DNA from: Perna viridis
Lineage: Eukaryota
Reading direction: 5' to 3'
Length of the DNA stretch: 64,000 nucleotides
NCBI GenBank assembly: GCA_037379345.1
Contig: CM074511.1
Span: 21,018,001 to 21,082,000, forward strand
A program made the translations under genes and the position numbers. Every line of letters begins with the position of its first letter. Position 1 is the stretch's first letter. A model generated the notes under the pieces. That model did no database searches. It was not told the origin of the DNA and saw nothing but the letters and a program-made list of their open reading frames with translations. Of the stretch, positions 41,200-55,682 are shown in pieces.

Positions 41200-42238
41200 T
41201 CCCTGCAGTACCAGCATATGGAGTGTTCATATCACAACTCATATGTTTTGCCAGAGCTTGCCTAAACTACGCAGACTTTTTGTATCGCGCTAGAACTCTT
41301 AACAAATAAGCTTCTGGAACAGGGTTATGATGCTACAAGATTGAAGTCATCACTACAGAAGTTTTATGGTCGTCATCATGAACTCGTGGATCGTTATGGT
41401 GTATCCATCTGCACCATGAAAACTGATTTATTCAACGGGTCATAGTTTTCCTTTCCTCGTTTGTCTACCTCGGACTTGACTTTTTACGAGCAACTCGGCG
41501 GGTGTTACTAGAAAAGCAGAGGACGCTTACCCTACCGGTTCACCTGGCCCATGCTCTCAGTTTTTAGTGGAGTCCAAGTTGATCATTTGCTTTTGTTACT
41601 TTGTATGTATGATTTTAGTTACTTTATGTTCTTTGTTGTGTATGTCTGTTTTCCATGTCTGGTCTTTGTCCCTGGATTACATTCTTTTGATTACCGCTAT
41701 AACTTGGTTCCCATGATTACTCTTTCAATGCGTCATAGTTGTCCTTTCCTCGTTTGTCTACCCCGGACTAGAAAACCAGAGGACGCTTACACTACCGGTG
41801 CACCTGGTCCATGCTCCCAGTTTTTAGTGGAGTCTGAGTTACTCATTTGCTTTTCTTGCTTTGTGTGTGTGATTTTTGTTGCTTTGTGTTCTTGTGTATG
41901 TCTGTTTTCCATGTCTGGTCTTTGTCCCTGGATTACATTCTTTTGATTACCGCTATAACTTGGTTCCCATGATTACTCTTTCAATGCGTCATAGTTGTCC
42001 CTTCCTCGTTTGTCTACCCCGGACTAGAAAACCAGAGGACGCTTACACTACCGGTGCACCTGGTCCATGCTCCCAGTTTTTAGTGGAGTCTGAGTTACTC
42101 ATTTGCTTTTCTTGCTTGGTGTGTGTGATTTTTGTTGCTTTGTGTTCTTGTGTATGTCTGTTTTCCTTGTCTGGTCTTTGTTCCTGGATTATATTCTTTT
42201 GGTTACCGTTATAACCTTGGTTCCCTTGATTACTCTTA
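41200..42238 (+). mobile_element. Penelope-like 3' fragment with three tandem 3' UTR units
   Basis: RT C-terminus (PAYGVFISQL...KFYGRHHELVDRYG), then three successive units of about 255-285 bp, each ending gattactctt. Confidence 0.88.
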
Positions 42239-43248
42239 AATGTGTTTAAGTATGTACTTCTCTTTTGAAGATATTTTTTTACCATTTAAGACTATAGATG
42301 TAAAAATAAATGCGTGGCCAAACTCGAATTAGACATTTTTCTACAAATCATTTCGAGATTGATGAGTTATATACTCTTCCAAACGAAATAAGCTAATATA
42401 AGATATTCAAAGTAACATTTTACTCGTTTTTAAGGTTTCGTTTAACATTGAATAGAACTGTATAATCAATTTAGATGTTATGTTATGGCACCATCAGAAC
42501 CTTCATTCGGAATTTCCATGTACACGACATTGACATCTCCTTTTGACTTTAACAAAGATGTGGGTTCGTACTTTGGTATTTGAAGTTTCACTTTGATAGT
42601 CAAAGTTTTATGTGATAATTTCTTTAAGAATCAGTCGATACCCAGGGATAGGGCATAAGTTACATAGTACTGATCCATTACGTAAGAGGATTTTATTGGC
42701 ATACTCAAATTGTATTTGACGCAGATAAAAGTTTTAAAGTCAATTCAATCCTACGAAATTTATTGCCCATGTTTATCCTATTTGAATGTAATGAATTTGA
42801 AATGAAGTATGAAAAAGCGTCAGATCTTTGATCTTTAAATGTGTCAATCAAAGTCACCAGAAAGAAGTAGGTTGATCTTTTTCAACTGCTTTAAATCATA
42901 TCCACACAACTCTGAATAAGATGCGTGCAATTATATCAGTCAATCTGAAGTACATTTTGAGTGACATTAACTTGGGGAAAAAGTAACACTGATTCAAATA
43001 AAAAAATCTGATCACGTAATAATTGTCTTGTCCAACTATCATTCAAACGAAATATGAACAGTTCTTTAGGTAGTAACAGAAAATACTTTTAATCTATGTA
43101 ATTTATGTTGAGTTGCTTTAGATTAAAATCGTTGAATCATATTCTGTCCTACGTATCACGACTTCGTTTTTGCCCTTGTATCGTGGTGCTCAATTATTTC
43201 TGTTTGTATTTTAGTTCCTTTACGTTGTGTCATTTAAGGCAAATAATG

Positions 43249-43418
43249 CAGTGGCTGATCCAGGGGTTTTAGGTAAGGGGAGCAAAAAAATCCCCCCAAG
43301 AAAATTTTGAAATATCAAACCTCAAATTCTGCATTATGAGGGTATCTTTAACAGTTTTTAAACAATTTTTAAAAATTGCAATTTTCCAAGGGAGGACCGC
43401 CCCCTGGGTCCGCCACTG
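43249..43418. mobile_element. MITE with 18-bp TIRs
   Basis: cagtggctgatccagggg ... cccctgggtccgccactg (2 mismatches). No clear TSD. Confidence 0.65.
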
Positions 43419-44855
43419 TAAGGCATGTACTATAAAATGAAATGCCGATATAATTGTAAAAAAAAAACATGCGTGTTAGGAGAAACCTTGGAGATGCTTG
43501 AATTACAAAGGTACAGCCAACTTTTACTCTTGACAAGCAGGTACTAGTATTGAAATAAACATTGCTTTATATTTCCTATCTACCTGATTATAAAATTGAA
43601 ACTATAAAATGGCTTCCTCAGTTTAAGAAATTAGTCGTTAATTTAAACTATAATATCTCGTTTTTGGCGAGAACAAATGTTACTCATAGATGCGAAGCAA
43701 GACTTTTTTATGTTCAGACATATAAATTCTTCCATAATTTTACGATCCGTCAAATAGTCACGAATGCTCTTACATGACATTCGTTGGAATGTACAGATGA
43801 AATAATAATTCAGTTACTGGGATTCTTTTTACTTTGACTTTGTTTAGAACGGTATCTTTCTACACGTCATCTCGTTACACCATTTAGTATAAAGAGAGTA
43901 AGCACATATGTACATAAAAGAAACGAAAAATAAAAAAAAATTATATCTCAGAATCCTTGATTTCATTTAAGGCCTAGTCAACGTGATAACGGTCACATTG
44001 TTACTATGACAACGAGAATATTATTTTTATTATTTAAGTTAACTTTTATGTGAAATGTGATTTTATATAAAAGATACAAATAAACTTAATCAATTGTAAA
44101 ATTTAAACATACAGATATGTTAGCACGCACCTTTTTACCTTAAACATAAATGACTGGAGTATAAAATAGTTTTTGACTACTTACTCTTTCAAATGTATTT
44201 TCAACATGCGTGCCTAATTGTTCCACCTAATTACGATTGAATGTAAAATTGAAAGCATTTGAACCATAAATTTACTCATTCATTGTTAGCATGGTAGAGA
44301 GCCAAAGGTACAGGATATCATACGAAGTACTTTAGAATTTTATAAACACTTCTTTTTGTTTACAATATCTCCATGGAGAAAAGTAAATAAGGGTGTTTTA
44401 TATTTTGGCACTTAAACAGTCTGACCTAACGTTTACCGAATCTTTTATCCGAGCGTATAATTCGTGCATAATTTGTACTAACTGTTCAAAGCGTAGATGA
44501 GCCGTTTCGCTGTGTAACTATTTAACCATTCTAACTTTATTGCCTTATATCGAAACAAAATTACGAGTTCAAATTCTTTTTATTTTCGTGTAATTCTGTA
44601 GCCCAATTTAAATTTTGAACTTGTATCAATACATTTCAACTACCATAAATCCAGTTAATGTGTTTGGCACTTTTTAATCCTGAATTTAGATTACTGTGAA
44701 GAGGTGTCATGATATTTGGAAACGAGTCCTTAAGTTGAAAAGTGAAAAGGAAATTATTATTTGCTGTCTGGAGTCTAACTACATGAATTGGATTTGTTGG
44801 TGATGTTGGTGCACGTAAATTGTTGACTTAGGGATAGACTTCAGTTGGCACAAAA

Positions 44856-45048
44856 ATGACGACATGTACTCTACAGGCTTTAAGTAATGGATATGCAATA
44901 TCTTCGAAGAATCTTTTCAACGTGAATGACACAGTCACTTTTTCTTGTAACCAGTTTTACACGATATCTGGAAACCCGGTGGTTACATGTTTGGACACTG
45001 GTTCATGGTCAACGCTACCATCGTGTAAATTTTATACTACAGATAATG
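44856..45048 (+). CDS. Locus E, Sushi exon V3
   Basis: aaaATG context with an in-frame TAG at 44835. MTTCTLQALSNGY...FSCNQFYTISGNPVVTC...WSTLPSC. 193 nt, phase-1 donor aatg|gtgaga. Confidence 0.88.
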
Positions 45049-48000
45049 GTGAGAACGTATAAGAATTTTTTTATGTCGACGTAGATGTCATATGAATATT
45101 TACCATTTTTAAACTTTTGCGTTTTTTCTTATGCCTTTTTGCTTTTGAAAATAACAATTTAATAGAAAATTATTATTTTTTTCATTGTTTTGGTGTAGAT
45201 TAATATTGATAAATGTTTCAGAAGATATTTTTCTGAAGTTTTGTTATTCATCATTTTTACACAATTTGGCTTTTGTATAATATTATATATCACGAACAAA
45301 ATTTCTTTTTGAGAAATACAACTTCAAAATTATATCTCAAAATTGTAAATGATCAAAGTATCATAGCGGGAACATTTTCTGAATATCAATTTGGAAATTG
45401 CATGGGAAAGTCATTTAATGTCGAAAACGAGCTTTTCAAAACATCCACAGTTTAAAAGCAACATTTTAGGAAACCAAAGGAAGCGCAAAAAACTTAGTAT
45501 ATCAGTTGCAATTGAAATGTCCCTTGACAGATTTCTCCTTGAAATGTACAGGTTAAGACATTTCTTTGATATAATACAAGGTAACGTTTTTTAGCAATTT
45601 TATTTTTGCACTAAATGACCTTGCCAAATGCCAATGTTGAGGTTCTCAACATGATATTTGTAATGTACACTGGATGACCTTTCATTTGGTATGCAACAAC
45701 ACTACTTGCTATGAACTTTAGCATTTTGAACTTATTAACCCCATCCAGATTCTATTTCGGTATTTTGGATGTACGCTGTAAGACCTTCCATTTGATATTC
45801 AACAATCCTACATTCTATGAATGTTTAATATTTATCAGTTATGGACTTTTAACGAAGTCAATACGTTACATATGGACCTGTTCAGATCATACTGACCGAG
45901 GACGAAGTCCGATGTTATTTATTATAGCCTAACATGTCCGTATATAACGTAATGACTGAGTGAAAGTCCTTAATTCATATATTACACATGTAAATAATGC
46001 ATTTTTTTGTCTGTTTCATCTGCGGCGCTTCCGCCATGAATGACTGAGAGTAATTATGGAACGGAGCGGTTTATTTCCTTATCTAAATCAAGATGTATGG
46101 CTTCATATACATATAAATAGAAACATATCGTCAATAACAGAAGCAAGGCTTCATGTGCGTGGAATAACCTTTGCATCACGTGATCATAATAACCAATGAA
46201 CAAAGAATATTGTTACACCATGTGTAGTATTTGAAATTAATGACACCGCCCTTAACGCATGCATAGTATGAAATATCATGATTGAAACTTTGATTTTTAA
46301 AATATGCTTATTTAGACCTTCAAATGATATGTCACATGAAGACATAGTTAAAAAAGAATGATGCAATGTCAATTCTCTAGATAGGACTAATGAACATATG
46401 TGCAACTCAGAGGCAAAACATGCAGGCATTTTCAGAGGGCACAGTTAAAATATAATGCAATTCCAATTCCACGACCGAGAACCTTGGTAAGGAAAATTTC
46501 AGAAGAAAAAAAGGGGAAAAGGAAAATAAACATTTGAAATGAATAAGTTATCTCCAATGTGGGATATTGATTACTTAAAATTTAGTATTGAAAATAATAA
46601 GTGGACTTAGTATCTTCTCTTTTTTAAACATCCAGCAAGTCTCTCGAGTCATCCCGGTTTAATACGTAAGATTGAAACTGTCTCGACTGGATGAAAGATG
46701 CGGACACAAAAGTATCGATCGACAAGCGGTCGTAAAACTTTTTGAAGAGTTGAAATGTTTTTGTAAAACTGAGTTTTATGAACGTAACGACGTATTAGAC
46801 ACATTTTAAAGGGAAACATACTTCATTTTGTCTCTTTAGCACATTAATCTATGAATTCAAGAGCTTAAACAACCATAATTTGAATTTGACATTTCCAGTT
46901 ATATAATTTGATCTTTGAATCTTCGTGTCAATATAATAGCACTTATTGGAAAAGAAACAAAAATGCACAAAAAAGTAATGGTAGGAGGTAATACATTTTG
47001 TTTAAATTCATTCTGTCTTTTTAAGTAAAATATCTATCAACTATTCTCATTTTGTATACATCCCGTAATTTTGTGGTTCACAATATAAGAGGAATTGACT
47101 GTATAATCTTACTTTGTCAGTAAAATGCAGACATGGAGATGCATAGATTTTGTTTAATGCAATTTATTATAAGATTCATGAGTTCAACGGAAATAAGGTA
47201 ATGACAATGCGCTTTAACAAGGAATTGATTTTTTTGTATTAGTAAAATTACTTGCTTAAATGGATTTTAGCAGAACATTGTCATGCAAATGCTAACGTAT
47301 TAACCTAATGATGTGTTCTTCTTAGGTTTACCACTCGACACGACTTAAAAACTGCGAAGAGACAACTGCGCTAAACACAAGTAACCCTACAATTTTGTAT
47401 ATAATAACTACGGTCGTTGACCTCTTCCGTTTGTTCGTTTGTCCGTCAACAACTTTGTTCTGTGGTTTTCAATTCAAGTATTATCACAGCCAATTGATAT
47501 TTTGATAGCAGCATTATATTGATATGTTATACAGTAGGACATGATTTCAGACTGACGCGACAGAAACGACTTATTTGATGATAATATTCATATGTTGACC
47601 ACTTGGTTATAGGGGGTGAGGACCGGGATAGTCCTTAATGGGCTTTGATCACAGTTTTGTTGTGAAAAATGAAATATTAAGTTCCATCCTTGATTTGTAC
47701 CAGTATGTTTCGGACTCAAACAATGATTAATTTGATTTGGCTAACTTCACAGCCGCAGAATTTCACTAACGTTTATCACGGATAAAAAAATATTAAAGTA
47801 ACTGATAAACTGACGAGCATAAATTCAATTTTAACTTTGAATGCAATTGTTATATATTGAATGCCGTTATGCCAAAGTTTGACCCTAGTTTCTGAATTTT
47901 TATGTGTACATCATTGTTTCCGAAATAGATATGCTCGAACTGAAACGTTAATTCGAGCACAATTTTCCGTTTTTGGGAAAGATTTCATTTTAAAAAATGG

Positions 48001-49575
48001 CTGAACTAAAGATGGATTACCTTAAATAACGACTTCTGGACAAGATTGCCTCTTTGGTCTTTCATCTTCAACTGAATTAAATTGTTATCACAACAGCTAC
48101 TCCACTTGAAATACCTGCATTACCAAGCAGCAGCTCACAAACAGCCCACAACCGACTTTGAGATTCAAAAAGCCATAATACGTAGCCATTACTCAGACAA
48201 GGGAAGAGATCATTTAGTGGAACAGATTGAAGGACTTTCGTAACTTGTAAAGAATCTGGGCCTGCGACAAGTTACGTTTTCTGTTTCAAAACGTGGTGAA
48301 AATATCTCTATATATTAAAACAGGAATGAACATTTCTTTAGACGACCATGGTATTAATAGATAAATGTATTTGTCAGCATACCCTCGACTGTTGCAACAC
48401 AATTGGCGACAAATTCGATGCAAAACGAAAGAACATTGATTCATTTCATCCCAAAGAGATCAAATCAGTGTTTTCAGCACGAAGTGATCACCAATGGCAA
48501 TACATTTTACGAGACATGCAGTATCATTAACTGTAATAAAGTGATGATTGTTCGCTATTCTTTGAGGATTAAATTGATTTGTTTTAATTAAAACATTATT
48601 CAGTGAATATCTATATTTGTAGTGACGAATTTGTACAAGTGACTTGAAATTGAAATTTTGAAAAATTCTTGAAATTCATTAAGTTTCTCATGTTTGCAAA
48701 GTACAAAATCATATTTTTCTACTCAAATAGCCTGTAGATATTTTTCTATCTATCTATGTGAAACACAACAACAATTTATAAAATGCTTATTTGATTGATT
48801 CATTGACAATGTCGTTCTGAATGATTCATGATTTTTATTGCTTTATGGATTTATGTACTTTAATTATTGGTTCCGTTTAAGCTTGATAATATAGTAACCT
48901 ATCTAAGCGAAATCAGTATCATTTTCATTCTTTGGTAATTGATATGATTATAAGTAAAAATGATAATGTATCTTTATAATTGTGGTGCTTATAGATAAAA
49001 TATTATAAAATTCGAAAAGTAATTAGCATATACAAAAGTTAGTAGTCTCGTATTTCAGATAGGTCATGAAGCTTTATACGGCGAAACACACCACTTATAG
49101 ATTTGCCACTCAGCCATTTTAATACATGTACCATTTGATATTTGACAACCTTACAAAGAGTAAAGCATTTCCCAATGACAAGTTTGTCAAATTGTCAAAA
49201 CAAGAGATAAAATTTCGTTAAACTTTAATTTGGAGACTGCGTATAAATACAAAATTTATTTGGCGATTTGAAAAGACAAAAAGATAGATAAATATGCAAA
49301 ATAAATGAAAACAATAATATTGAATGGAAAAACTGCGAACCCTGAACATAAAACAAAATTATAATATACTTTTATACATTTACTTATTTAAAATAAAGAA
49401 TTATTTTTCATTCTACGAAATGAGAATATGGGGGAGGGTCAAACGAGTGGTTCGTTGATTGGTCTTTTCATTTTAATATGCAAGGAGCTAGGATACAATA
49501 AACCGTGCTGAAGCCAAGCGCTCGGTGTATTGGTTTAGATTTACCTCCGATAAATAATACTTGGAAATATATCCA

Positions 49576-49827
49576 TACACAGGCAAAATTATTTCTAATG
49601 AATTTCATATGATTTTCACCTGAATTGAGCAAATAAACTAAGTGACAGAGTTCACGTGAAATTCGGGTGAATGGAGCCTTCACACGAAATTCACACGAAA
49701 TGTTCACATAAAATTTGTGTTTAGTGAATTTCATATGAAAATCATGTTAATTTCATGTGAATTTTACATGAATTTCACGTGAAGCTCGATTAACATGAAT
49801 TTCACGTGAAAAATATTTGCCTGTGTA
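49576..49827. mobile_element. MITE with TA-flanked TIRs
   Basis: tacacaggcaaa ... tttgcctgtgta. The interior is built from ttcacgtgaa/ttcatatgaa palindromes. Confidence 0.7.
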
Positions 49828-52800
49828 CCTTAAGGTTTGCATTTTTTAACACAATGTCGAAGCAGTTCTTGATCTAACGAATTTATGACATATGTATCAA
49901 CAGAGAAATCCTTTCAAGAATGTTAAATGTATGACTTTTGTTATCGTAAATGAATAGAAATATGCAAATCATGCTGAGATTTTATTAATACTTTTATTTG
50001 TTTTAACAATGAGATATAACTTTCAATCCCTCGGAATCCATTTCTTCAAAGAGGTACATGATTTAAATGCAAGCACTTACATTAGATACGAAGTAATTGC
50101 ATACTGTGTATAATATGAAGTTTAAAGAAAACAATTTAATTATACTTTATTGCTATGTGTGTACGATAATTTTTTTTTACTTCGCACACAATGAAAGTGA
50201 ACAGTTTTGCAGTAGATGTTTCATGCTCGTTATGGTTTTTCTGCTCTTTAATTTTATCTCATTGGAAAAAATAGTTAATTGTAAAAAATAGTAACTTTAA
50301 ATCAGCTTTCCCTTAGTATTTTGTTTTGGTTTTGTGGTTTCATTAAGATCCATACAAGGATCTCTTTCGTCATACATTGCCGTCCGTCCTTTTGACGATT
50401 TTGTATCACTTTCCAGGATATCATCAGGTAGGACATGGGCAATACAGCGCATGTTTCCAGAAAGTAGGTATTGCTTTTCTCATGGTTCGCCAGTTTATAT
50501 GCGTTGATTGTTCTCTACATTATTTTTTTAATTATGATTAAAAATTACAATAAAAATAATAATCATAATCATAATAGTTTTAAGTTCAAAGGTCAAGGCA
50601 CAATATGTTTTATCAATTCTCTGATTTCATTATATTGACTCTGTCCCTTTATTACCGTGGTATTTTAGTATCGTTCATATACCTTACTTTCATATTTAAC
50701 AGTTTTGCATGTCATGACCGAAGTACAATTGAATCGGTAAAAACAAGAAATTCTTGCATATTGCGTGCATGCATAGGAATAAAATTTATTACAATTTTGT
50801 TGATAAACTGTATTCCTAGGTTGCACAGTGATGTCAATATTTCAACGTTAATAACTGAAGTTTTTGCATGCATACTTGAGCGATTATAATTAAGCTATGG
50901 ACTGTTTAAACATCCTATAATTGTACTGCATAAAGCTGCAAAACATTTATCAATCCAATGACAAAGTCCTTTTTCTAAAATAAAAACCGTGTTGACTTGA
51001 TATTTACATGGACCATATAGAAAAAATCAAGTGTTCGAACTTGCACTAAACTTTATTCACCCAGCTATATATAAAACTGTGAGTTAACGGAACTATTCAG
51101 GATTTGAATTAGAAAATTTCTGCTTTTTTTCTATGTGTTACACATAATTTGGAACCGAATGTCTGAAAAGAAAACAATAGGACACTGACCCTACCAGTAC
51201 ACCTGATACATGTTCTCAGTTTTGAATGAAGTCCTGTATTTTATATTATTTTTGTGTTTTGTATTGGTTCCTTCACTTTAGGTGGTTAATGCTTACCAAA
51301 GAGGTTGCTGATTAAAAACAGTAAAAATAGTGAACGTATATATATAACGTCTCAGAATGTGACGACTCTATTTGCTACACTGCTCCATCTGATCAAATTG
51401 ATACAGGCAAGATAAAGTCAGCATAGAAGGGTCTGAAAATTTCCTAACAATGTTAGAACTGTCAAATTTGTGCCGCTGTGACATCTCTAAACGACTCCGC
51501 CAGCTAGGGGGCTGGACTTTGTGCAGGCGGTGTTGTCATAGATGTTTTTTAAAGTAAATCCACAGAGTTGTACATTTCATTCAAAAGTGACTCATCTAAA
51601 ATTGAGCGTTGATCTTTTAAAGCGTATTGATTTTTTGTAGTATTAAGTACCAATCCATATAACATTCAGGCACTGCCAAAAGTAGAGGTAATTCTTGGTG
51701 CAGAAAATGCCAACAAACAATGGATGCTTTTTCAATCTCCATACGCCATTTTCATATGTAACTATAGTCTTTTTCTGTATTCAGAACTACATTTTCGAGA
51801 AAACTGTACATTCATCTATCATTCAATTCACCAATATATTTTAAAATGTAAATTTAATATACTGTATGCTGGACGAATATTTTGTACAATGAACTTGATA
51901 TGATTTGATTCACCAACTTCAAAGTGACAATTTCATACGCAATCTATGAAATATTTATCTAAAAAAAAAAGCAACCACCGAATAACATGTGTTACTTTGA
52001 CTGACCAATTTTTCAAAAGCTTTAATTTCATATTTTAATCTTGTGAACAAATTATCTTAAAAAAGAAGTGAGGCGTGATTAACACAGTGTAATTTTACCC
52101 CATTCTATTAAAACTTGAAACTTGAAACAACAGATATAAGTTACAATTTTGTCGAATCTGGCATTCCAAAATAGTGTCATTAATGAAGGTGTCCCATGTT
52201 TGTACATAGTATACGTTTTTTTTCTTTTACCTTTATTAAAAAAAATAGTTTTTAACTTGTTTAGGAGTTTAACTTTTAAACGAAAGAAACTTTTTACATC
52301 TATAATAAAACAATTTATATCTGTGAATGGATTTCAAATTACAATTATGTAAAATAATTATGGAACGTAGCTATCTGAAAGGGACCGATATGCTTGAGAA
52401 AATATCGTTTAACAGTTACAATATGTAAGTAGAAATTTTGGGTCATTGTCGATATCTGATATATTTCTTTTGCAAATTATAGTGACAATACTTCTTTTCC
52501 TATCATATTCTGCGTCTATTCTGGAAAACTAAAAATATGAAAAATGTTTTGCATTGCCAAATCCAACACGACAGAGAAAGTATATCGAAGACTAATGCAA
52601 TGGAAATAAGAGGGATATGCCAGTGAAGCTGTCAAATATGGTTTCAATTGTCAAATGTAATGTGACCAAAAAGAGATTCTTGGGAATTTCCGTTAGTCAA
52701 ATGGTCGAAATAGGATTCGTTTCAAATTCTTAACAGCATCACTGACATCAATAAGTTACGAATTATATAGAACTTCTTTGTTGGCATTTAAGGTGTTTCG

Positions 52801-52987
52801 TTAAGAAATATAACTCTTGATGTGCTTCACTAAATAGAATTCAATGCATTAATGTCTAATGTCAGATAATCAATTTAACTCACGAAAAATATAATAAAAC
52901 ATATGATTGATTATATCAAACGTATTAGTTAATTCAGTCAATTTGTTATAAAATTATATCAAGGCAAATTTTGGGTGAAAACAATAG

Positions 52988-54340
52988 GTAATCAAGGGAA
53001 CCAAGGTTATAGCGGTAATCAAAAGAATGCAATCCAGGGACAAAGACCAGACATGGAAAACAGACATATACAATAAAGAACATAAAGTACCTAAAATAAT
53101 ACATACAAAGTAACAAAAGCAAATGAGCAACTCGGACTCCACTAAAAACTGGGAGCATGGACCAGGTGCACCGGTAGGGTAAGCGTCCTCTGCTTTTCTA
53201 GTAACACCCGCCGAGTTGCTCATAAAAAGTCAAGTCCGGGTGGACAATCGATGAAAGGAAAACTATGACCCGCTGAATAAATTAGTTTTCATGATGCAGA
53301 TGGGTACACCATAACGATCCACGAGTTCATGATGACGACCATAAAACTTCTGTAGCAACATAACCCTGTTCCAGAAGCTATTTGTTAGAGTTCTAGTGCG
53401 ATACAAAAAGTGTGCGTAGTTTCGGCAAGCTCTGGCATAACATATGAGTTGTGATATGAACACTCCATACGCAGGTGCAGAAGGGACGTTGACAATTCTG
53501 AATGAAAAGTCATCACGTTGGTCGTAAAGTTTGGTCAATAGTTTTCCTTTACCATCGATTTCTAAGTTTTGGTCAAGATATGACTTCACAGTGTCTGTAG
53601 TATCCTTTATCTCAAGTTCTTTTAGGTAGATGCAATGTATCAAATCCCCGAAATTAGGATTGTTTAAAGATAATACGTCATCTATATAGCGGAAACTCAG
53701 ATTGAAGGATCTAGCCAAACGATATTCTTTCTTTCTGATCAGATCAGCTATAAAGTCAGCCTCATAAGAGTGAAGGAATAGGTCAGCAAGTAAAGGAGCA
53801 CAATTTGTTCCCATTAGAATGCCGACCGTTTGTTGAAAAACACGTCCACTGCTATTATTTTCTACGTCTACCTCTGATAATAAACATTGGACGTAAAACG
53901 TTTTGCAGACAAAAACAATGTTGTTTTGGGCTTTGACTGCTGGTACGACAACATATTTTTCATGTATAGTAGACATTTTTTTTCCTACATCGGGGTCTTT
54001 AAAAATTGATGTAGCCTTGGCACTCATTGGCCTACTTAACACTTTCATTCGTTTCAAAATTAAAGACGATCTGCTGTCAGGTTCGGGCCTATTTATACTT
54101 TTTAAACCTTTTTATAGAAGAGTAAAGGAATAGGTTAGCAAGTAAAGGAGCACAATTTGTTCCCATTGGAATGCCGACCGTTTGATGGAAAACACGTCCA
54201 CCACACTGGACAAATATGTTGTCGATTAAAAATTCCAGCATTTTGTAAACATCTTCCTCTGTATATTTGGAAGATGAATTGGAATTGTTTCTTACAAAGT
54301 ATGAGGAATCTCTACCAAGAATTATATATTTGTATCTAGG
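52988..54340 (-). mobile_element. Rearranged Penelope-like retroelement
   Basis: ORF 53263-54057 carries MGTNCAPLLADLFL and FRYIDD but has an internal deletion. The segment around MGTNCAP recurs at 54120-54340. Confidence 0.88.
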
Positions 54341-55069
54341 TTATTTATCCAAAACATGAAAATGCAAAGATGAAGACATGTAGGAAATGTAGAAAAACAC
54401 ACAGCAAACTAAATTTGTTTAATTATTCAACTAAGGAAAATGCATCAATAATCATATCTTTAATTTGTTTATTAACAACATTCACTTTTAACCTATTTTC
54501 TGTGGCAATTACGCAATGTTGCAAGTACAAAAATGACATCAATAAAATAAGGAAATGAAGTAACCAGAGAAATATCATTTATTAAAACCTGGAGAAAGTA
54601 AATGGTCTCCTTTATCATTTATTACATTTCAACAGTATATATGCATTTATTTTGATTACTTTTAATCGAAAGTCATTTTAATTTGTATAGCCTTGCCTTT
54701 CAAACATAATCTACTTTTGTTATTATAGAAAATATAAAAATATCAAACTTTTCATGGTTAAGATTTAATTCGATAACAGAAAGTAGCAAATAGTTTTAAT
54801 TTTAGAAAGGACAGTCTAAAATAATAATGTTTTATTGGTCTAGATTTTTACAAAATAATATTGCTCTACAAAAGAACATTAAAAATTGCTTTTTGTACGA
54901 CATTGACTGGTGTGTCTTATCTTTCAAGCAATAGTGGGAAAAAAGAGGAACTTGTTCTTGGGAATTATAATTTCTTTGCGTTACCCAAACTATCTCATAA
55001 GTCGAATTATCTGATTTATTATTCCATATTTACATGAACCATTTGAGTTAAACAATTCAAGAATTTCCT

Positions 55070-55322
55070 CTTTCGTCTACCCTGGACTTGACTTTTTATG
55101 AGCAACTCGGCGGGTGTTTCTAGAAAAGCAGAGGACGCTTACTTTACCTGGTCCATGCTCCCAGTTTTTAGTGGAGTTGCTCGTTTGCTTTTGTTACTTT
55201 GTATGCATTATTTTAGTTACTTTATGCTCTTTGTTGTGTATGTCTGTTTTCCATGTCTGGTCTTTATCCCTGGATTACATTCTATTTGTTACCGCTAGAA
55301 CCTTGGTTCCCTTGATTACTCT
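55070..55322 (+). mobile_element. Solo 3' UTR segment of the Penelope-like family
   Basis: Near-identical to 22770-23030. Confidence 0.8.
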
Positions 55323-55591
55323 TCCTTCAAAGTGTCAATATCACGTATAATCTATAAAGTTTTATCTCAAAAGTGCAACAACTTAATGAAAACTATAACT
55401 GATATGTGGTATGTAACAAACTGAGAAATAAGATGGGCAAATAACAACCTTTAATACTCAAAAAATCAGTCTGTCTGGTGCTTTTCATTATCTTTTGGTC
55501 TTTGGAAGTAAAATTCGTTACACTTTTGTCTTGTAATGGTTTTTAATTCAAGATGTTACTTTATTTATTACTATCATTGATTTATTTTCAG

Positions 55592-55682
55592 TATGGTTTT
55601 GGATGACAGTTGGTCTTGCATCACTCTTGGCTCTGGTATTGTTACTGATACTACTGTTATTCCTTATAAGATACTGTTTTTG
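55592..55682 (+). CDS. Locus E transmembrane exon (candidate shared/constant exon)
   Basis: tttattttcag| ... tg|gttagt, 91 nt, phase 1 to 2. Encodes VWFWMTVGLASLLALVLLLILLLFLIRYCFC. Confidence 0.88.
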
